Source: an uncultured Gammaproteobacteria bacterium
GTDB taxonomy: Bacteria > Patescibacteriota > Microgenomatia > Levybacterales > GWA1-39-11
Direction of reading: 5' to 3'
DNA: 64,000 nucleotides
NCBI GenBank assembly: GCA_964452165.1
Contig: CAYVKP010000001.1
Location: 332,110 to 396,109 of the forward strand
Below, one piece after another: positions 45,823-56,095 of the stretch; positions within the stretch are counted from its first letter, which is position 1, and every line of letters begins with the position of its first letter. The notes below the pieces were generated by a model. The model worked only from the letters and a program-made list of their open reading frames with translations, had not been told where the DNA came from and did not search any database. A program made the translations under genes and the position numbers.

Positions 45823-46758
45823 ATGAAAATAGCCTTGACCGGATCTACAGGGCTCGTAGGTTCAAGATTTTTTGACCTCCTAAAAAGTAAATATGAAATT
45901 ATTCCCGTTTCATCATCTTTTAACGTTGATATTACGGAAAAAAATAGGCTATGGGATTTTCTTGAATCAAAATCCCCCTCGGCCATAGTTCATTTAGCCG
46001 CAAAAACTAGTGTAGATGCCTGTGAGGATGACCGTAAGGAAGATATAAAAAAACTCTCTAAAGATAAAGTTTACGACGGATCATCTATCAATTTAGAAAA
46101 CCTGGACCCTGAGGTATGGAAAAAATCGACAACAGCTTTTGGAGTAAACGTTGTAGGAACAAAAAATCTTGCCGATTTTGCAGCAAAGAAAGACATAAAA
46201 ATGTTTTATGTCTCAACAGATTTTGTATTTGACGGAGAACAGGATGAACAATACGATGAAGAAAGCCTGCCGTGTCCTGTTAGCTGGTATGGTCAAACTA
46301 AGTTCTGGGGAGAAAAAACCATAAATCACAACTCACTTATTACAAGAATCTCTTACCCTTTCGGTTTTAGGAGCAAGATAAAGAGAGATTTGATATGGAC
46401 TTTGGTGGAGCTGTTAAAAACAAGGGAAACAGTGAGTTTTGTTTCAGACCAGATAATTACTCCCACATTTATTGATGACGTGGTTCATGGCCTCAATTTT
46501 CTGATGGAAAAAAACGCAACGGGACTTATAAACTTGGTTGGGAATAACTCTCTTTCTCCCTATGAGATTGGTATAGCTTTATGTCGCGAATTTAACTTAC
46601 GCGAGTCGAAAATAGAACTCACAACTCGCGAAAAACTTTACAAAGGTCGAGCGCATCGCCCCTTTAAAGTCAGGCTCAAAAATGATAAACTAAGAAATCT
46701 CGGTTTTGAAATGACAGACTTTTTTGTAAGTCTCTCGAAAATAAAAAAAGATTTATGA
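45823..46758 (+). CDS. rmlD: dTDP-4-dehydrorhamnose reductase-like SDR with an internal insertion of about 30 aa
   Basis: Motifs GSTGLVG, AAKTSVDACE, STDFVFDG, YGQTK and DQIITPT. Confidence 0.8.
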   Translation: MKIALTGSTGLVGSRFFDLLKSKYEIIPVSSSFNVDITEKNRLWDFLESKSPSAIVHLAAKTSVDACEDDRKEDIKKLSKDKVYDGSSINLENLDPEVWKKSTTAFGVNVVGTKNLADFAAKKDIKMFYVSTDFVFDGEQDEQYDEESLPCPVSWYGQTKFWGEKTINHNSLITRISYPFGFRSKIKRDLIWTLVELLKTRETVSFVSDQIITPTFIDDVVHGLNFLMEKNATGLINLVGNNSLSPYEIGIALCREFNLRESKIELTTREKLYKGRAHRPFKVRLKNDKLRNLGFEMTDFFVSLSKIKKDL

Positions 46759-48044
46759 AGGTAACTTTTATAGGGCACGGATACGTTGGACTTGTAACCG
46801 CAGCAGTTTTTGCTGATTTTGGGAACACAGTTTACGTAATAGGTCACACAAAAGAAAAGATTGAAAATCTTAAAAATGGAGTAATTCCAATTTATGAACC
46901 CGGTCTTGAAGAGCTTGTCAAAAAAAACGTCAAAGCAAAACGGTTAATTTTTACACTCGATTATGCTCCCGCGATTCCAGATTCGGACATAGTGTTTATT
47001 GCAGTAGGTACGCCCACCACAAAAACTGGAGACGCGGATCTATCAACCGTTCTATCAGTTGCTGAAAAAGTTGGTCAAAAGCTTGAGGGTTATACTGTTG
47101 TAGCAACTAAGAGCACCGTTCCTACGGGTACAAATAAAAAAGTAAGAAGAATTCTTGAGGAGACGAAACCGAAGGGCGCTGAAGTTGACTACGCCTCAGT
47201 ACCTGAATTCTTGCGTGAAGGAAGCGCAATTTCCGATACGACAAACCCTGACAGGGTAGTTATTGGCGCTGAGAAAAAGCGAGCTCAAGATGTTCTTGTC
47301 AAATTACATGAGCCGATTAATGCTCCAATAGTGTTAACAAATTTTGAGACAGCCGAATTAATAAAATATGCAGCAAATTCTTTCCTCGCACTTAAAATTT
47401 CTTATGCAAACGCCATCGCAAAACTGTCAGAGCTTTTGGGAGCCGACGCTTTGAAAGTCCTTGAAGGTATAGGAATGGATAAGCGAATTGGTAATATGTT
47501 CTTATCTCCAGGTCCAGGATATGGTGGAAGTTGTTTTCCAAAAGATGTGAAGGCGCTTATTTCAATTGCAAAAGACAATGATTACCCCTTTTCTTTACTT
47601 GAGGAGGTTGAGTTGATAAATCATCAATCAAGACGCGATGTAGTCAGAAAAGCGCGAAAACTTCTAGGAGAACTTCGAGGTAAGAAAATAGGAATTTTGG
47701 GCTTAGCGTTTAAGTCGAACACCGACGACATGAGAGATGCTCCGGCAATCGACATAATTAACTTGCTTCAAAACGATGGCGCAGAGATCACAGCCTTCGA
47801 TCCAAAAGCCATGGAAAGCTCAACGGCGGTTCTCAAAAACATAGGATACACAAAAGATGCTTATTCGGTTGCAGATAAAGCAGACCTCTTGATAGTTCTT
47901 ACTGAGTGGAATGAATTTAAAGAGCTCGATTTTGAAAAAATTAAAAAAAGCATGAAGACTCCAAATATTATAGATGGACGTAATCTTTACGACCCTGAGC
48001 AGTTGAGAAGCCAAGGATTCAACTACATGGGGATTGGAAGATGA
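46755..48044 (+). CDS. ugd: UDP-glucose 6-dehydrogenase
   Basis: Motifs GHGYVG, KSTVP, PEFLREG, GYGGSCFPKD and DGRN. Confidence 0.92.
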   Translation: MKVTFIGHGYVGLVTAAVFADFGNTVYVIGHTKEKIENLKNGVIPIYEPGLEELVKKNVKAKRLIFTLDYAPAIPDSDIVFIAVGTPTTKTGDADLSTVLSVAEKVGQKLEGYTVVATKSTVPTGTNKKVRRILEETKPKGAEVDYASVPEFLREGSAISDTTNPDRVVIGAEKKRAQDVLVKLHEPINAPIVLTNFETAELIKYAANSFLALKISYANAIAKLSELLGADALKVLEGIGMDKRIGNMFLSPGPGYGGSCFPKDVKALISIAKDNDYPFSLLEEVELINHQSRRDVVRKARKLLGELRGKKIGILGLAFKSNTDDMRDAPAIDIINLLQNDGAEITAFDPKAMESSTAVLKNIGYTKDAYSVADKADLLIVLTEWNEFKELDFEKIKKSMKTPNIIDGRNLYDPEQLRSQGFNYMGIGR

Positions 48045-48047
48045 GTT

Positions 48048-48998
48048 ATGAAAAAAGTACTAATTACCGGCGTAACAGGTTTTGCCGGTAGTTTTCTTGC
48101 AGAAAAACTTATTGCCTCAGGTCAATATGAAGTCTCCGGTACATATCTTACCGATGAGAGTCGGAAAAATGTATCTTCGGATAAGGTCAAACTCGTCAAA
48201 ATAGATCTTCAAAATTCGGAATCTGTTAAGGGTTTAATCTTGCAGGAGAAACCGGATCTAATATTCCACCTCGCAGCTCTTGCTTCCGCTGCTCAGAGTT
48301 TTAAAAATCCTTCAGAATTTATCAACAACAATATAGATGCGCAAGTTAATTTGCTGGAGGCGGTTCGAGCAGCCGATATCAAGCCCAGAATACTTATTGT
48401 CTCTTCAGCTGAAGTCTATGGAGATGTTAACCCCGGAGATTTACCCATTGATGAGGAGACTCCAATTCGTCCTGTGAATCCCTATGCAGTTTCAAAAGTT
48501 GCTCAAGACTTTTTGGGATTCCAATATTTTGCATCGTATAAAATCCCAATAATACGTGTTCGCCCATTTAATCATATTGGTCCTCGCCAATCGCCCTCTT
48601 TTGTTGTTGCGTCGTTTGCAAAGAAAATAGCTGATATTGAAAAGGGAAAGATTGAGCCGGTCCTTAAAGTCGGAAATTTGGCTGCAAAACGAGACTTTAC
48701 CGACGTCCGAGACATGGTTGATTCGTACGCTCAGATACTTGAAAAAGGCGAGTCCGGTGAAGTTTACAACATTGGTTCGGGTCGCTCGGTTCAAATAAAA
48801 GATATTTTAGATAAGTTATTATCGTTTTCAGATAAAGAGATAAAAGTTGAGGAAGATCCCGAGTTAATACGCCCAATTGATGTCCCAGAACTTGTCTGTG
48901 ACAGTTCAAAGATTGAAAAAACTACAGGTTGGAAACCAAAAATCGACATTGATACAACGCTCCGCGAAACCCTCGAATATTGGAGAAGTCAAGACTAA
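48048..48998 (+). CDS. rmd: GDP-4-dehydro-6-deoxy-D-mannose reductase (Rmd-like)
   Basis: Motifs SSAEVYG, NPYAVSK, RPFNHIGPRQ and VGNLAAKRDFTDVRD. Confidence 0.75.
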   Translation: MKKVLITGVTGFAGSFLAEKLIASGQYEVSGTYLTDESRKNVSSDKVKLVKIDLQNSESVKGLILQEKPDLIFHLAALASAAQSFKNPSEFINNNIDAQVNLLEAVRAADIKPRILIVSSAEVYGDVNPGDLPIDEETPIRPVNPYAVSKVAQDFLGFQYFASYKIPIIRVRPFNHIGPRQSPSFVVASFAKKIADIEKGKIEPVLKVGNLAAKRDFTDVRDMVDSYAQILEKGESGEVYNIGSGRSVQIKDILDKLLSFSDKEIKVEEDPELIRPIDVPELVCDSSKIEKTTGWKPKIDIDTTLRETLEYWRSQD

Positions 48999-49582
48999 AA
49001 TTCTTTCCATTGTGATGGAAGTTCTGTGGAGAAATCAAGGCGAGACATTGTAGAATTGTTTGGTTCTTTGTCAATCAAGATCAAAATTGAAATTTCCTGA
49101 GGACCAGAGCCTTTGGAAAGAAGCAATCCAGACGTGTTGGTTAAATTGCCTTGTTCCATCAAGTCTGCCTTCCAACCCTTAGTTTCAAAATAAGTTTTAA
49201 GAATAGAAGCAGCCTTTTTCGGAGATCCCTTAAATTTAAATAGTCCATCATAGTCTTTGAATCTGGGTTCATATACCCGGGTGGGTAGCGCAGTGGGGTT
49301 TAGAGCTGTAGTAATTTTTGCCTCGTAGACTACGAAAACCTCTGGTAAGCGAATCGTTTGAGGCCAATCCTCGGGGTATGATGTGGGTTGCTCCGGAAAT
49401 TTGATTCTACTAACCCATCCGTCAGGTTTTGTATTTTTGTTGATTTGAATAGGCTGAGATACATCGGTAACTTTTGTTGAACGTAGATTTAAAAAAAATA
49501 CAGCCCCAAGTACACATGCAAATGCAATTATCGGAACTAATTTTCTCATTGGTCTATTTAAATCTTTCGAGGTCGGCGTCAA
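48995..49582 (-). CDS. membrane-anchored hypothetical protein
   Basis: N-terminal hydrophobic helix and YPEDWP motif; downstream of gmd. Confidence 0.6.
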   Translation of the reverse strand: MTPTSKDLNRPMRKLVPIIAFACVLGAVFFLNLRSTKVTDVSQPIQINKNTKPDGWVSRIKFPEQPTSYPEDWPQTIRLPEVFVVYEAKITTALNPTALPTRVYEPRFKDYDGLFKFKGSPKKAASILKTYFETKGWKADLMEQGNLTNTSGLLLSKGSGPQEISILILIDKEPNNSTMSRLDFSTELPSQWKEF

Positions 49583-50558
49583 CCATGAGGTTCATGAGTT
49601 GTTCGAAGGATGTCTTTGGTTCCCAGCCGATTTCTCTTTTGGCCAACGAATAATCACCTTTCAAATCCTTAATTTCTGTTGGTCTGTGAAGTTTTTCGTT
49701 TGAATAAACGTGTTCTTTCCAATCCATTCCAACATGTTCAAATGCAATTCTGCAGGCGTCCTCGACTGTGTGCGATGTATTTGTTCCGATAATATAATCT
49801 TTCGGCTGGTCAGTTTGAAGCATAAGCCACATAGCCTCAACATATTCTTTTGCATATCCCCAATCGCGTGAGGCCTGAAGATTTCCAAGATGGACTTTTC
49901 CCTCGGCATCTACCAGCGGCTCACCAAGTTCGTTTAATGGTAACTTATTAACTCCGTTTTTAATGCATGCAACGGCTGCTGAAATTTTCCTTGTGACAAA
50001 GTGCATACTGCGTCTCGGCGATTCATGGTTAAATAAAATTCCACCACAAGCAAACATTCCATAAGATTCCCTGTAGCAACGAGTCATCATGTGGGCATAT
50101 GCCTTCGCAATTCCATAAGGATTGTTGGCGTCAATCAAAGTGTTTTCGTTTGCGCTTTCTGCTTCAATATTTCCATAGATCTCGCGGCTTGTCGCTTGAT
50201 ATACGCGCGCATCCGGAGCAAAGTGGCGGACCGCTTCAAAAACACGAACTGGACCAAGCGCGGTCACCTCGCCCGTATAGAAAGGCTGTGTCCAGCTGTC
50301 TCCCGGAACAGATTGGGCTGCAATATTATAAACTTCGTCAGGCCTATTTTTTCGAACCGCGTTTCCAATACTTTCCGAATCTATTAAATCAACTGCTTCA
50401 ATTTTAATTTTCCCGTAGAGATGGGAGATGTTCTCGTGATAAAAAGACGTTGTGTGTCTGACAGTACCGGTTACATCGTATCCTTTTTCAAGAAGAAGCT
50501 CTGCAAGGTAAGATCCATCTTGTGAGGAAGCTCCTATAATTAAAGCCTTTTTAGCCAT
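49554..50558 (-). CDS. gmd: GDP-mannose 4,6-dehydratase
   Basis: Motifs QDGSYLAELLL, PYGIAK, ILFNHESPRR, FVTRKI and RDWGYA. Confidence 0.92.
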   Translation of the reverse strand: MAKKALIIGASSQDGSYLAELLLEKGYDVTGTVRHTTSFYHENISHLYGKIKIEAVDLIDSESIGNAVRKNRPDEVYNIAAQSVPGDSWTQPFYTGEVTALGPVRVFEAVRHFAPDARVYQATSREIYGNIEAESANENTLIDANNPYGIAKAYAHMMTRCYRESYGMFACGGILFNHESPRRSMHFVTRKISAAVACIKNGVNKLPLNELGEPLVDAEGKVHLGNLQASRDWGYAKEYVEAMWLMLQTDQPKDYIIGTNTSHTVEDACRIAFEHVGMDWKEHVYSNEKLHRPTEIKDLKGDYSLAKREIGWEPKTSFEQLMNLMVDADLERFK

Positions 50559-50651
50559 TTATTGTTTAATTTTACATAAACCATGGTTTTTTCTCAATAG
50601 CCATGTAAGCCAAGCTTTAATCATTCAGTCCAAATTGGTACAATAAGAATA

Positions 50652-51605
50652 GTGAAAAGCTATATTGTTGCCGGCGGAGCCGGTTTCATTGGATCACACA
50701 TTTGTGAAAGACTTCTCTCACGAGACTCAAAAGTCTACTGCATAGATAATTTAATTACCGGAAACGAGAAAAACATCGCGCGTTTGCTTGAAGATGAGAA
50801 TTTTACATTTATAAATCAAGATATTACTCACGGAGAAATAGCGGCAAACGGTCAAATCGATGGAATTTTCCATCTTGCTTCTCCCGCCTCTCCAAATGCT
50901 AAAAGTTCAAAAAGTTACATTGCTCATCCCGTAGAAACTTTGCTTGTAAATTCTTTGGGAACAAAGAATTTATTGGACTGTGCGCTTAAAAATAAGTCTT
51001 CAATTGTTTTTGCGTCTTCATCAGAAGTTTACGGTGATCCAACGGTCTCACCCCAAAAAGAAGATTATTTTGGTAATGTAAATCCTAACGGCATACGCTC
51101 AGTTTACGATGAAGGTAAGAGGTTTGGAGAATCAATTTGTATGACTTACCATAGAAAATACGGAGTAGATGCTCGTATAGTCCGTATTTTCAATACGTAC
51201 GGAGCGCAAATGCAAAAAGACGACGGTCGAGTGGTCTCAAATTTTATTAACCAAGCCTTAGAGGGAAAAGACATAACAATTTATGGAGATGGTAGTCAAA
51301 CGAGAAGTTTTTGCTATGTAGACGATTTAGTCGACGGATTAATTCTGACCATGGAAGAGGCAAGTGCTCGTGGTAGAGTAATCAATCTGGGTAACGACGA
51401 CGAGCATAAAATAAATGAAATAGCCGAAATTATCAGGAAATTAACAGGTTCAGAATCAAAAATCGTAAACGAGGATTTACCCAAAGACGATCCTCACCAG
51501 AGAAGGCCTGATTTATCGCTTGCAAAGGAGCTTTTGGGCTATGAACCAAAAATAACGCTTGATGAAGGGCTAAAAAAAACTATAGAATACTTTAAAAGCA
51601 TATGA
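50652..51605 (+). CDS. UDP-glucuronate decarboxylase (UDP-xylose synthase)-like SDR
   Basis: Motifs HLASPASP, SEVYGDP, YDEGKR, RIFNTYG, DGRVVSNF and QTRSFCYVDD. Confidence 0.85.
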   Translation: MKSYIVAGGAGFIGSHICERLLSRDSKVYCIDNLITGNEKNIARLLEDENFTFINQDITHGEIAANGQIDGIFHLASPASPNAKSSKSYIAHPVETLLVNSLGTKNLLDCALKNKSSIVFASSSEVYGDPTVSPQKEDYFGNVNPNGIRSVYDEGKRFGESICMTYHRKYGVDARIVRIFNTYGAQMQKDDGRVVSNFINQALEGKDITIYGDGSQTRSFCYVDDLVDGLILTMEEASARGRVINLGNDDEHKINEIAEIIRKLTGSESKIVNEDLPKDDPHQRRPDLSLAKELLGYEPKITLDEGLKKTIEYFKSI

Positions 51606-52726
51606 AAGCAGTTGTAATAATTCCAAGCTACAATGAACTTGAAAATATTAAAAAAATAATCCCGATTATTGAAGATGATGTATTTCCCAAAATAAAAGAC
51701 TACAAGATGGCAATTCTTGTAGCTGATGATAATTCGCCTGACGGTACTGCGGATGAAGTAAAAAAACTTGCCGCAAAATATAAAAACATTGAAATTTCAA
51801 GCGGCGAAAAAAATGGTTTGGGTGCGGCATATGTCAGAGCAATGACTTATGCGATTGAAAAAATGGATGCGGATGTCCTTTTTGAAATAGATGCGGATCT
51901 TCAGCATGATCCTCTTAAGATTCCCGAATTTTTAAAAAAAATTGATGAGGGTTACGACTTGGTAAACGGTACGCGCTACAGTGATGGAGGATCAATTCCT
52001 GCAAAGTGGCCGCTTATCAGAAAAATGTTTTCGATAGTTGCCAACCTATTCGTTCGCATCGTTTTTACTAAGTTTGCTATTCATGACTGGACGGGCGGAT
52101 ATAAAGCTGTCAAAAAAGAAGTTTTCCTTAAAGAAAAAAAAGAACTGACTAAATTTAACGGGTATATTTTTCAAATATCTTTTTTACAAAAGGCAGTGAG
52201 AGACGGATTCAAAATAGGAGAAGTTCCATTTAATTTTGGCGAAAGAAATGTGGGAGATTCCAAAATTGCACCCGTTGGCTACATTATGAATGTGGTTTTT
52301 TTCGTTTTGACAACAAGAATAAAAGAGTTGGCAACCGGATCTTTTGGCAAGTTTTTAGTGGTTGGAGGAATTGGTTTTGGTATAAATTATGCCGTTTTGA
52401 GAATTGGTTCAGACGCTTATCACCTTGATCATTCGGTAGCAAACTTAATAGGCGCGGCATGTGCAATTTTCTCAAACTACAATCTAAATAATCTTTGGAC
52501 TTTCAAAGAAAAAAGAGCTAAGACCTTCGGAGGGTATATTTTGAAGTTGATCCAGTTTTATGCAACCAGCGCGATAGGTGTAATTTTTATCCAGACAGGA
52601 ACAATATTTTTAGGGGATAAATTCTTCGGGGAAAAATACTACCAGATTTACTTTTTGGCAGGGACTGCGCTGCTTCTGATCTGGAATTTCACTGTTTACT
52701 CAAAATTCATTTGGAAAAATAAATAA
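51602..52726 (+). CDS. GT2 polyprenol-phosphate glycosyltransferase fused to GtrA flippase-like domain
   Basis: Motifs PSYNE, DDNSPDGT and DADLQH; C-terminal KFLVVG..NYNLNNLWTF. Confidence 0.88.
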   Translation: MKAVVIIPSYNELENIKKIIPIIEDDVFPKIKDYKMAILVADDNSPDGTADEVKKLAAKYKNIEISSGEKNGLGAAYVRAMTYAIEKMDADVLFEIDADLQHDPLKIPEFLKKIDEGYDLVNGTRYSDGGSIPAKWPLIRKMFSIVANLFVRIVFTKFAIHDWTGGYKAVKKEVFLKEKKELTKFNGYIFQISFLQKAVRDGFKIGEVPFNFGERNVGDSKIAPVGYIMNVVFFVLTTRIKELATGSFGKFLVVGGIGFGINYAVLRIGSDAYHLDHSVANLIGAACAIFSNYNLNNLWTFKEKRAKTFGGYILKLIQFYATSAIGVIFIQTGTIFLGDKFFGEKYYQIYFLAGTALLLIWNFTVYSKFIWKNK

Positions 52727-54273
52727 TGTCTCTTGTCAATTTTATTCGGAAGAACCACATTTTAATCGCCGTTGGAATAATTCTTCTAATCGCTGCATTT
52801 TTAAGAATACATAGAATTTCAGAATATTTAACTTTCTTAGGAGATGAAGGAAGAGACGTGTTGGTCGTCCGTGATATTTTGCACGGACACTTTACACTAT
52901 TGGGTCCTCGTGCATCGGCAGCGGATTTCTTTACTGGACCAATTTACTACTACATGATGGCTCCATTTTTATTCTTGTCAAATTACAATCCCGTGGGGCC
53001 AGCAATAATGATAGCCGTGCTTTCTGTTATAACGGTTTATCTAATATATAGGTTTGGTAAGGAGTGGTTTGGGCAAACTCCGGCATTAATCGCAGCTTTT
53101 CTTTACGCCATATCACCATTGGTAATTCAATATTCTAGATCTTCCTGGAACCCAAATCCCATGCCTTTCTTCTCCATGATTATGTTGTATATCTTGTATA
53201 AATCAATTCCAAAACCATCAATTCAAAAGTTCATTCTCCTTGGGTTTTTGTACGGAATAGCTTTCCAACTTCACTATATAGAAATTTTTCTTGGGATAAC
53301 AATCGCTTTCTATATGCTAATTGCAAACATCATGATCTCAAAAAAAGAACTATTTCTTAGATTGATAAAGCAGTATGCGAGCTTCGTGGCTGGTTTTGTT
53401 GTTGGCGTATCTCCTTTTTTGGCGTTTGAGGCAAGACATGGATTTCCAAACGTAAGAACAGTTATAGCATTTATTATTCATGGAGATACAAAACCAACCG
53501 ATATTGGCTACACAACGCTCACCCAGAATGTTCCCGATGTGTTTTTTAGACTATTTGCCCGCCTTCTAATGTATTTTCCTGAGGCTGGGAAGATCCGCCT
53601 TTATGATACTAACGTCATAATAATTTGGACCATCTTCACTATCATAGTCGCCGTGGCATCGGTTATTGCATTGATTAAGATAAAAAATGTTTTTGTCAGA
53701 CTGCTTTTTGGTTTGTGGCTTTTCTTCGGGGTTATTTTATTTGGGTTTTATCACAAGGCAATTTACGATTATTATTTTGAATTTATGTTCCCCTTGCCCT
53801 TCCTTCTATTTGGAAATTTACTGTCCTTTATTTCGGAAAAAAACCGAATTTTAAAATTTGTTGCAGTCGCCACTTTTGCCATAGTTTTGTACTTAAATTT
53901 CCTAGGTTATCCATTTAGATATCCGGGCAATAATCAATACGGGCAAGTTAAAAAAATATCAGAATTCATTTTAAACAAAGCTAATAATAAGCCTTTCAAT
54001 TTTGCTCTTCTGACTGGTGGAAATTCAGACCATGCATATCGCTATATTTTTGAGACCGAGGGAAAACCGCCGATTACTATTCAATACGCTGGTGTTGATC
54101 CACAAAGAAAAACCGTAACGGATCAACTATTTGTAGTTTGTGAAGATCTAAATTGCAAACCTGAAGGATCATCTCTTTGGGAGGTTGCCGGATTTGGAAG
54201 AGCAAAGATTGTAGACGAATGGCCCGTCTCAGTGTTAAAAGTCTATAAGCTTGAACACTATACCGGAAAGTAA
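52726..54273 (+). CDS. GT-C (ArnT/PMT-like) membrane glycosyltransferase
   Basis: Motifs FLGDEGRD, GPIYYY and SRSSWNP; many TM helices. Confidence 0.82.
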   Translation: MSLVNFIRKNHILIAVGIILLIAAFLRIHRISEYLTFLGDEGRDVLVVRDILHGHFTLLGPRASAADFFTGPIYYYMMAPFLFLSNYNPVGPAIMIAVLSVITVYLIYRFGKEWFGQTPALIAAFLYAISPLVIQYSRSSWNPNPMPFFSMIMLYILYKSIPKPSIQKFILLGFLYGIAFQLHYIEIFLGITIAFYMLIANIMISKKELFLRLIKQYASFVAGFVVGVSPFLAFEARHGFPNVRTVIAFIIHGDTKPTDIGYTTLTQNVPDVFFRLFARLLMYFPEAGKIRLYDTNVIIIWTIFTIIVAVASVIALIKIKNVFVRLLFGLWLFFGVILFGFYHKAIYDYYFEFMFPLPFLLFGNLLSFISEKNRILKFVAVATFAIVLYLNFLGYPFRYPGNNQYGQVKKISEFILNKANNKPFNFALLTGGNSDHAYRYIFETEGKPPITIQYAGVDPQRKTVTDQLFVVCEDLNCKPEGSSLWEVAGFGRAKIVDEWPVSVLKVYKLEHYTGK

Positions 54274-54623
54274 TGTTTAAAAAAGGAAACGCATTTGAAG
54301 AGCAGGAAAGAGGAGGTTGGATTTATGGTTACTTTATGCCGGACAGCCTTGCAAAGGACAGCAGACTTGAAATAAAAATTGTAAAACTGGACAATAAATT
54401 TACCTCAAAACCCCATTCCAATAAAACCGCTACGAAAATTGACATAGTTTTTGGTGGGAGTGCCGTCTGGGAAGTTGACGGAGAAGAGATAGAGATGAAA
54501 GCGGGTGATTATCTAATAATACCCCCAAACGTTGTCACTGCCGTAAAAAAAGTTATAAGTGATGAACTGGTAGTTCAGAGAATAAGAGTTCCATCAAGTC
54601 CGAACGATAAAGTAAGTGTTTAA
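54273..54623 (+). CDS. cupin domain protein
   Basis: PH..IVFGG..EVDGEEIEMKAGDYLIIPPN. Confidence 0.75.
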   Translation: MFKKGNAFEEQERGGWIYGYFMPDSLAKDSRLEIKIVKLDNKFTSKPHSNKTATKIDIVFGGSAVWEVDGEEIEMKAGDYLIIPPNVVTAVKKVISDELVVQRIRVPSSPNDKVSV

Positions 54624-54625
54624 TT

Positions 54626-55144
54626 ATGATAATTGATGATGAAATGGTAGATGTGGTCGATGAAAGGGGCAAGGTTCTTTATCCGGTTTTAAAAACAGAA
54701 GCACATCAAGAAGGACTTCTTCACAAAACAGTTATTGCGGGAGTTGTAAACTCGAAAGGACAAATAATGCTCGTAAAACAAGCCCCAGATAGGCAAGAAC
54801 CCGGGCAGTACGTAAGTCCTATGGGTGGACACGTTAGCGCCGGTGAAACAGAGACGGAAGCCTTAAAACGTGAGATTGAAGAGGAGCTTGGCTTTAAAGA
54901 TTTTGAACACAAAAAGATAGGAAAAATAATTTTCAACAGAGAAATTTTAAACCGAAAAGAAAATCATTATTTTATAGTCTACGAAATAACGGTTGATACT
55001 GATCCGGTTTTGGGTCCTGAGGCAGCCGGCTTTAAATGGTTTGAGATCGGAGAGTTGAAACGAGAACTACGTAGTAATCCGAAATATTTTGGAGATTCAT
55101 ATTTTTTTACTCTGAAAAAATTTTACCCGGAACTGCTGATTTAA
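54626..55144 (+). CDS. NUDIX hydrolase (IDI/YfcD-like)
   Basis: Motifs VDVVDE, AH..GLLH and GGHVSAGE..REIEEELG. Confidence 0.82.
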   Translation: MIIDDEMVDVVDERGKVLYPVLKTEAHQEGLLHKTVIAGVVNSKGQIMLVKQAPDRQEPGQYVSPMGGHVSAGETETEALKREIEEELGFKDFEHKKIGKIIFNREILNRKENHYFIVYEITVDTDPVLGPEAAGFKWFEIGELKRELRSNPKYFGDSYFFTLKKFYPELLI

Positions 55145-55174
55145 AGTGTTTTTTTGGTGTATAATACGCCTCAA

Positions 55175-56032
55175 ATGTCGGATTTGTTCTCGATTATTAC
55201 TCCCACTTATAATCGCGGGTATATTATTTGGAAAATTATCCAGGCCGTTCAGAAACAAGAACATCCCAATTGGGAGATGATTATCGTTGATGATGGATCG
55301 ACCGATAATACGGAGCAGGTAGTTGCTGAATTTCAAAAAGATCCTAGAATAAAATATTTCAAAAAGAAAAAAGAGGGAGCATCCGCTGCAAGAAATTTCG
55401 GTTTAAATAAATCAAAGGGGTCGATCACTACTTATATTGATAGTGATGATGTTGTTTATGAAAATTATCTATCGGTAGCGCGCGAATTCTTTAAGAAGAA
55501 TCCTAAAAAAATATTTGCAACCTGTAATTACAACCGCCGCTTAGAGCTTTACAAAGATTACAAATTAATTGACTTTATAAATTCTAGCTCGGCTCAGAGT
55601 CTGGATGTCAATTTGCAGGATTTTTATCACTGGAAAGTCAGAACTTGCGGCACGGGAATTTTTCACAAAAAAGTTAAGGGTTTGCGTTGGGACGGAAGTT
55701 TTAAAATGCTTGATGATTTGGATTTTATTCTGACACTTGGAAGAAAGTTTCCCAATGGCTATATTCACATACCCTTTGTTCTGTTTGAGTATTTGCAGAA
55801 GTACGGTGGAGATGGAATCTGCTCAAACACGTCCTACAGAGATCAAGGGAAGGCATTTGAGCAGATTTACAAGAAGCACAGGAATGATCCTCTTATGAAG
55901 GGGCAAACTTGGTATCCTGAAAGAGTTGAAAAATACAAAAAACTGCAAAAAGATCTTGAAGCGGGGTTTGCTCCTGACCCGATTTATAAATATTTTCCCA
56001 AATACTTTTCTCCCAAAGTAAAAACCCGATAA
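55175..56032 (+). CDS. glycosyltransferase family 2
   Basis: Motifs SIITPTYNR, VDDGSTD, ARNFGL and IDSDD. Confidence 0.88.
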   Translation: MSDLFSIITPTYNRGYIIWKIIQAVQKQEHPNWEMIIVDDGSTDNTEQVVAEFQKDPRIKYFKKKKEGASAARNFGLNKSKGSITTYIDSDDVVYENYLSVAREFFKKNPKKIFATCNYNRRLELYKDYKLIDFINSSSAQSLDVNLQDFYHWKVRTCGTGIFHKKVKGLRWDGSFKMLDDLDFILTLGRKFPNGYIHIPFVLFEYLQKYGGDGICSNTSYRDQGKAFEQIYKKHRNDPLMKGQTWYPERVEKYKKLQKDLEAGFAPDPIYKYFPKYFSPKVKTR

Positions 56033-56095
56033 GAGTAGGCTATTTTCAAGCAATACTGATAATCGGGTTTTAACTTTAGTGCCAAAGAGAGTTGC

